This document shows positions 59,731-64,000 of a stretch of 64,000 nucleotides of DNA, one piece after another. This DNA is from an uncultured Gemmatimonadaceae bacterium. GTDB lineage: Bacteria > Gemmatimonadota > Gemmatimonadetes > Gemmatimonadales > Gemmatimonadaceae. The number at the start of each line of letters is the position of its first letter. The first letter of the stretch is position 1. Both the position numbers and the translations under genes were made by a program. The notes beneath the pieces were generated by a model that saw only the letters and a list, made by a program, of their open reading frames with translations, ran no database searches and was not told the DNA's origin. The stretch is from contig CAWGJO010000026.1 of assembly GCA_963822945.1 (NCBI GenBank), forward strand, positions 64,001-128,000, read 5' to 3'.

Positions 59731-62074
59731 ATGCGAGTCCATCCTCTGGCGCTCCGTGCCACCCTGTTTGCCGCCCTGGCGACCGTCGCGGCGTGCGGTT
59801 CCACCGGCCCCGATCGCCCCGGTCCGGCGGCGCTGATGCAGCTCGTATCAGGGGACGCGCAGTCGGGTGCGGTCACGTCGACGCTCGCCAGCCCGCTCGT
59901 GGTGAAGGTGACGGATGCGCAGTCGCGGCCCGTGCAGGGCGCGCTCGTGCAGTGGTCGATCACCAACGGCACCGGAATCCTCACGCCGAATTCCTCGGCG
60001 ACCGACGCCAGCGGATCGGCCCAGACGTCGTACACGCTCGGGACGCTCGCCGGCCAGAACGAGGTGACCGCGTCGGTGAGCGGCGTGACTAGTTCAGTGA
60101 CGTTCGCGGCCACGTCCAACCCCGGTTCGCTGTACAAGGTCGTCGCGACGCAGCACCTGCTCGCGCTGTGCGAACCCGGGGACCAGGGGACTCCCAGTGC
60201 GTCGGCGGCCGACCAGTTCGGCAACACGGTGGACAGCACGGTGACCTGGGTGTCGCGCGACCCGTCGGTGGCCACCGTCAGCAGCACCGGCACGGTACAA
60301 CTGGTAAGCGCCACCGGCGCCACCTACATCGTGGCGTCCTCGGGGTCGGCGCAGCCCGACAGCGTCTACGTCACCGCGGTCCCGCCCATCACGCTTGCGG
60401 CCGGCCAGGTGGACGACACCCTGCCGTCCAACGCGTTCTGCGTGCAGTCCAACCAGCTGGGTTCGGAGTACGTGCTGGCGGCGTTCTACGGTTCCACCTC
60501 ACCCGGCAGCAGCGCCGGTATCGTGGTCAGCGGAACGCGGCTGGGCACCCTAGGCTCGGGCGCCAACATCATCGCCGCCAACCGGATGCCGCCGGCGCCC
60601 ATGCTGCTGCCGACGATGCCGTTGCACCCGGACTACGCGTTCGAGTACGCCCTGCGCGAGCGCGAGCAGCGCGAGATGCCGAAGTACGTCGCGTCGGCCC
60701 GCGCGTGGCAGGCCAACCATGAGCGGCAGGGCGCCGCGCGGAGCGTGACGTCCGCTACGGTGACCACCACCGGCGCGACCACCGGCGGCGGTGCCGCAGC
60801 CGGGACGTCCACCACGCCCAGCCTGTCGCAGATCACCAGCAGCACCAAGGTCGGCGATCTCGTGAAGCTCAATACGAACGCCACCAACTACTGCACCAGC
60901 CCGACGATGGCCACGGCGCGGGTGGCGGCCATCAGCAGCTCGGCCATCGTCGTCGCCGACACCTCGAATCCGGCCGGGGGCTTCACGGACGCGGAGTACG
61001 CGCAGTTCGCGACCGCCATGGACACGTTGGTCGAACCGGTGGATACCACCGCCTTCGGCGCCCCGTACGACATCGACGGCACCAACAAGGTGATCATCCT
61101 GTTCACCAAGGCCGTCAACCAGCTCACCACCGATCCAACGCAGGGCATCGTGCTGGGCTTCTACTATTCGCGCGACCTGCTTCCGGACTCCACGTGCGCC
61201 GGCAGCAACTTTGCGAACATGTTCTATCTGGTGGTTCCCGACCCGAACCGGACCATCAACGGCGGCAACACGTTCACCGCCAACAAGCAGAACGTGGCCA
61301 ACATCGTGGTCAGCACCATCGGCCACGAATATCAACACCTGATCAATGCGTCGCGCCGCCTGTACGTGAACCACGCACCCAGCGCGAACGAGGTCACCTG
61401 GCTGAACGAGGGACTGAGCCATATCGCCGAAGAGTTGATCTTCTACCGTTCCTCGGGACTCGGCCCGCGCCAGAACATCGGCACGGCCGCACTCTCCAAC
61501 CCTGCGGCGTGGAATGCCTTCGGCCTGTTCATGTGGGGGAATCAGGGGCGCTACGAACAGTACCTGCCGGTCACCGAGACCAACGGGCCCCTGGGCGAGT
61601 ACTCCGGTGACGACGCGCTGCCCACGCGCGGCGCCATCTGGTCGTTCCTGCGCTACGCGGACGACCAGCTCGGCTCTCACGAGCGAGACCCTCTGGCACC
61701 GCCTCGTGAACAGCCAGACCACCGGCCTGGCCAACCTTCAGTCGGCTATGGGCACCGATCCCACCCCGTATTTCCGGAGTTGGGCCACGTCGGTGTTCAC
61801 CGATGATGCGGTCCCCGGGATCCCGGCGCTCTACACCCAGCCCAGCTGGAACTGGCCCCAGGTGTACGCACGGGTGGGCAACGTGACGTACACCGCGCCG
61901 GTGAGCCACGTGCTCACCAGCGGATCGGCGGTGACGACGACCCTCAACGCCGAAAGCGTCGGGTTCTTCCGGTTCGCGGTGGACAACGGGCAGCGCGGAC
62001 TGGTCTCGGTCACCGGCCCCGGTGGCAGTGCCGTTTCGGCGGCGGTGCGCCTGACACTCGTGCGCACCAAGTAG
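59731..62074 (+). CDS. Lipoprotein with Ig-like domains and zinc metallopeptidase (gluzincin, M30-like) domain, frameshifted
   Basis: Lipobox VAAC; SGDAQSG...PLVVKVTD Ig domain; GHEYQHLIN followed by WLNEGLSHIAEE; frameshift near 61672, continuing in ORF 61514..62074. Confidence 0.8.
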
Positions 62075-62136
62075 CGCGCGGGGCCCCGATCGGCGATGTT
62101 TCCAACATGAAGTCATCTGTGAGAATCGATAGCCTG

Positions 62137-62595
62137 ATGAAACGCGTGCTAGTGTTCGCCGTGGCGCTGTCCGTCGTTGCCTGCACGGGCGAGATCGCCG
62201 GACTCGGACCAGCCAGCGATCCTGCCACCGAGACCTTCGCGTCGTCGCTCGGCGTGAACCTGGCCGCCATGACCAAGACGCCCGACGGGCTGTACTACCG
62301 TGACCTGACCATCGGCAACGGCGCCGTGCTCGCGCACGACACCACCGTCACGGTGACGTACTCGGGGTACCTGACCGACGGCACGCTGTTCGACTCGGGG
62401 ACGAAGACCCAATTCGCCACGGCGCAGCTTGTGCCCGGTTTCCGGGAGGGCCTCATCGGCATGCGCGTGAACGGCCGGCGCCAACTGGTCATCCCCTCGG
62501 CGCTCGGCTACGGCGAGACCGGCAGCCCGCCCACCATCCCGCGACAGGCCACCCTCGTGTTCGTTGTCGACCTGGTCAGCATCGACAGCGTGTAG
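62137..62595 (+). CDS. FKBP-type peptidyl-prolyl cis-trans isomerase, lipoprotein
   Basis: Lipobox VVAC; GLYYRDL, VTYSGYLTDGTLFDS, PGFREGLIGM, IPSALGYG, IPRQATLVFVVDL. Confidence 0.92.
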   Translation: MKRVLVFAVALSVVACTGEIAGLGPASDPATETFASSLGVNLAAMTKTPDGLYYRDLTIGNGAVLAHDTTVTVTYSGYLTDGTLFDSGTKTQFATAQLVPGFREGLIGMRVNGRRQLVIPSALGYGETGSPPTIPRQATLVFVVDLVSIDSV

Positions 62596-62655
62596 CGACG
62601 TATGGGGGCCGGCGGTTTCCGCCGCGTTCGCCCCCCGGGGTTGACCGATCGTGTG

Positions 62656-62688
62656 CGGCCGCGGCATGTTCGCCGCGGCCGTTTTCTT
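62656..62688 (+). terminator. Rho-independent terminator
   Basis: CGGCCGCGGC-atgttc-GCCGCGGCCG followed by TTTTCTT. Confidence 0.75.
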
Positions 62689-62720
62689 GTATCCGACTCT
62701 CGCCTCCCCAGGAGGGATGC

Positions 62721-64000
62721 ATGTCTCGCAGATGGTCTGCAGCCGCGGCTGCCATCCTCGTCGTTCCCGCACTGGCGCTCGCGCAGCGCGGGGGACGCGG
62801 TGGATTCGGCGCCAGCGGCGCCACCCCCGAAAACTCGGCGGTCTTCGCGCCGTCAGCGCCCACCTTCCCGACCGCCGATCCCATCATCAAGCGGATCTGG
62901 GCTATGGGCATGGACAGCTCGCACACCGAGCAACTGTCGCAGGTGCTGTTCGACTCCCTCGGTCCGCGCCTCATGGGCGCCCCCGACCTCAAACGCGCCC
63001 AGGATTGGCTGGTGGACACCTACAAGTCCATGGGCATCAGCGCCAAGGAGGAGCAGTACGGCACCTGGCGCGGGTGGATCCGCGGACCGTCCCACATCGA
63101 TCTCATCGCGCCGCGGGTGCGCAGCCTCGAGGGCACGATGGTCGGGTACAGCCCGGGCACCGGCGGCAAGGACGTGGTGTACGAGACCGTCATCCTTCCG
63201 CACTTTGCGGATAGCACGGAGTTCGTGCGGTGGCTGCCGCAGGCCGCCGGCAAGCTGGTGCTGGTGAATGCGCCGCCGGCCACCTGCCGTCCCACGGACG
63301 ACTGGGCGGCCAACGCCGCCCCCGAAGTCGCCGCGCACATGGACAGCGTGCGTCAGGCGCTGGCGCGCGAGTGGGGCGGGCGCAACGTCCGCGGCACCGG
63401 ATACAGCCTGGCCCTCGGCGGCGGAGAACTGGGCGTGCGCCTCGAAGACGGTGGGGCCGGCGGCATCATCACGTCGCGTCCCAAGAATGGTTGGGGCACG
63501 CGCGAGATCTTCGAGACCTACAACGTGAAGACGCCGGCCGTCTCGCTCTCGTGCGAGGACTACGGCCTCGTGTTCCGGCTGACCGAGAACAACCAGCACC
63601 CGAAGCTGCGGCTCAACCTCGACGGCACGCTGCTCGGCGAGCAGCCGGTGTTCAACGTCGTGGCCACGATCCCCGGCACCAAGCATCCCGACGAGTACGT
63701 GGTGCTCTCGGCGCACTTCGACTCGTGGGACGGTTCCTCGGGAGCCACCGACAACGGCACCGGCACGATCACGATGCTCGAGGCCATGCGGATTCTCCAT
63801 CAGGTGCTGCCGCACCCCGACCGCACGATCATCGCCGGCCACTGGAGCGGGGAGGAGGAGGGCGAAGTCGGGTCCAAGGCGTTCACCGAGGATCACCCGG
63901 CGGTGATGAAGGGGCTGCAGATGCTCTTCAACCAGGACAACGGCACCGGCCGCATCGTGCGGTTGAACGCCGGCGGCCTGCCCGATGCCGCGGCACACCT
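62721..64000 (+). CDS. Secreted M28 family metallopeptidase (partial, runs off the window; absent from the ORF track)
   Basis: AGGAGG RBS; MSRRWSAAAAAILVVPALALAQ signal; LGPRLMG, SAHFDSW, GATDNGTG, WSGEEEG, NQDNG. Confidence 0.88.
   Translation, partial: MSRRWSAAAAAILVVPALALAQRGGRGGFGASGATPENSAVFAPSAPTFPTADPIIKRIWAMGMDSSHTEQLSQVLFDSLGPRLMGAPDLKRAQDWLVDTYKSMGISAKEEQYGTWRGWIRGPSHIDLIAPRVRSLEGTMVGYSPGTGGKDVVYETVILPHFADSTEFVRWLPQAAGKLVLVNAPPATCRPTDDWAANAAPEVAAHMDSVRQALAREWGGRNVRGTGYSLALGGGELGVRLEDGGAGGIITSRPKNGWGTREIFETYNVKTPAVSLSCEDYGLVFRLTENNQHPKLRLNLDGTLLGEQPVFNVVATIPGTKHPDEYVVLSAHFDSWDGSSGATDNGTGTITMLEAMRILHQVLPHPDRTIIAGHWSGEEEGEVGSKAFTEDHPAVMKGLQMLFNQDNGTGRIVRLNAGGLPDAAAH

Overview
A very GC-rich, gene-dense bacterial chromosomal window. 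The gene repertoire (Ig/RCC1 lipoproteins, TolB-propeller amidohydrolase, GGRGG-rich secreted proteins, PAS hybrid kinases) suggests Gemmatimonadota, which is an inference. About 45 CDS are supported; I saw no rRNA, tRNA, CRISPR array, transposase or phage gene. The main modules are: a DUF969-DUF979-DUF2891 operon; a MacAB-type ABC exporter preceded by a canonical sigma-54 promoter with tandem palindromic enhancer-like sites and followed by a sensor kinase and sigma-54 activator; MgtC/DUF4010 plus two CYTH-like genes; a Moco-sulfurase-like PLP enzyme coupled to an aromatic amino acid decarboxylase; mscS and otsAB; a CusCBA Cu/Ag efflux operon; and a GNAT-NSAR/OSBS-M20 D-to-L amino acid conversion trio. 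The best candidate for an unannotated system is a small exported Cys/His/Met-rich ORF ending in PPELPPPRG, followed by a structured spacer, directly upstream of cusCBA. It resembles a CutF/CruR-like copper-sensing translational-arrest leader. Also notable are CTGTCCGA octamer arrays at two gene 3' ends, one translated in-frame. At least eight single-base frameshifts between 30 and 62 kb look more like long-read consensus errors than real pseudogenes. All family calls come from motif recognition, not database searches.
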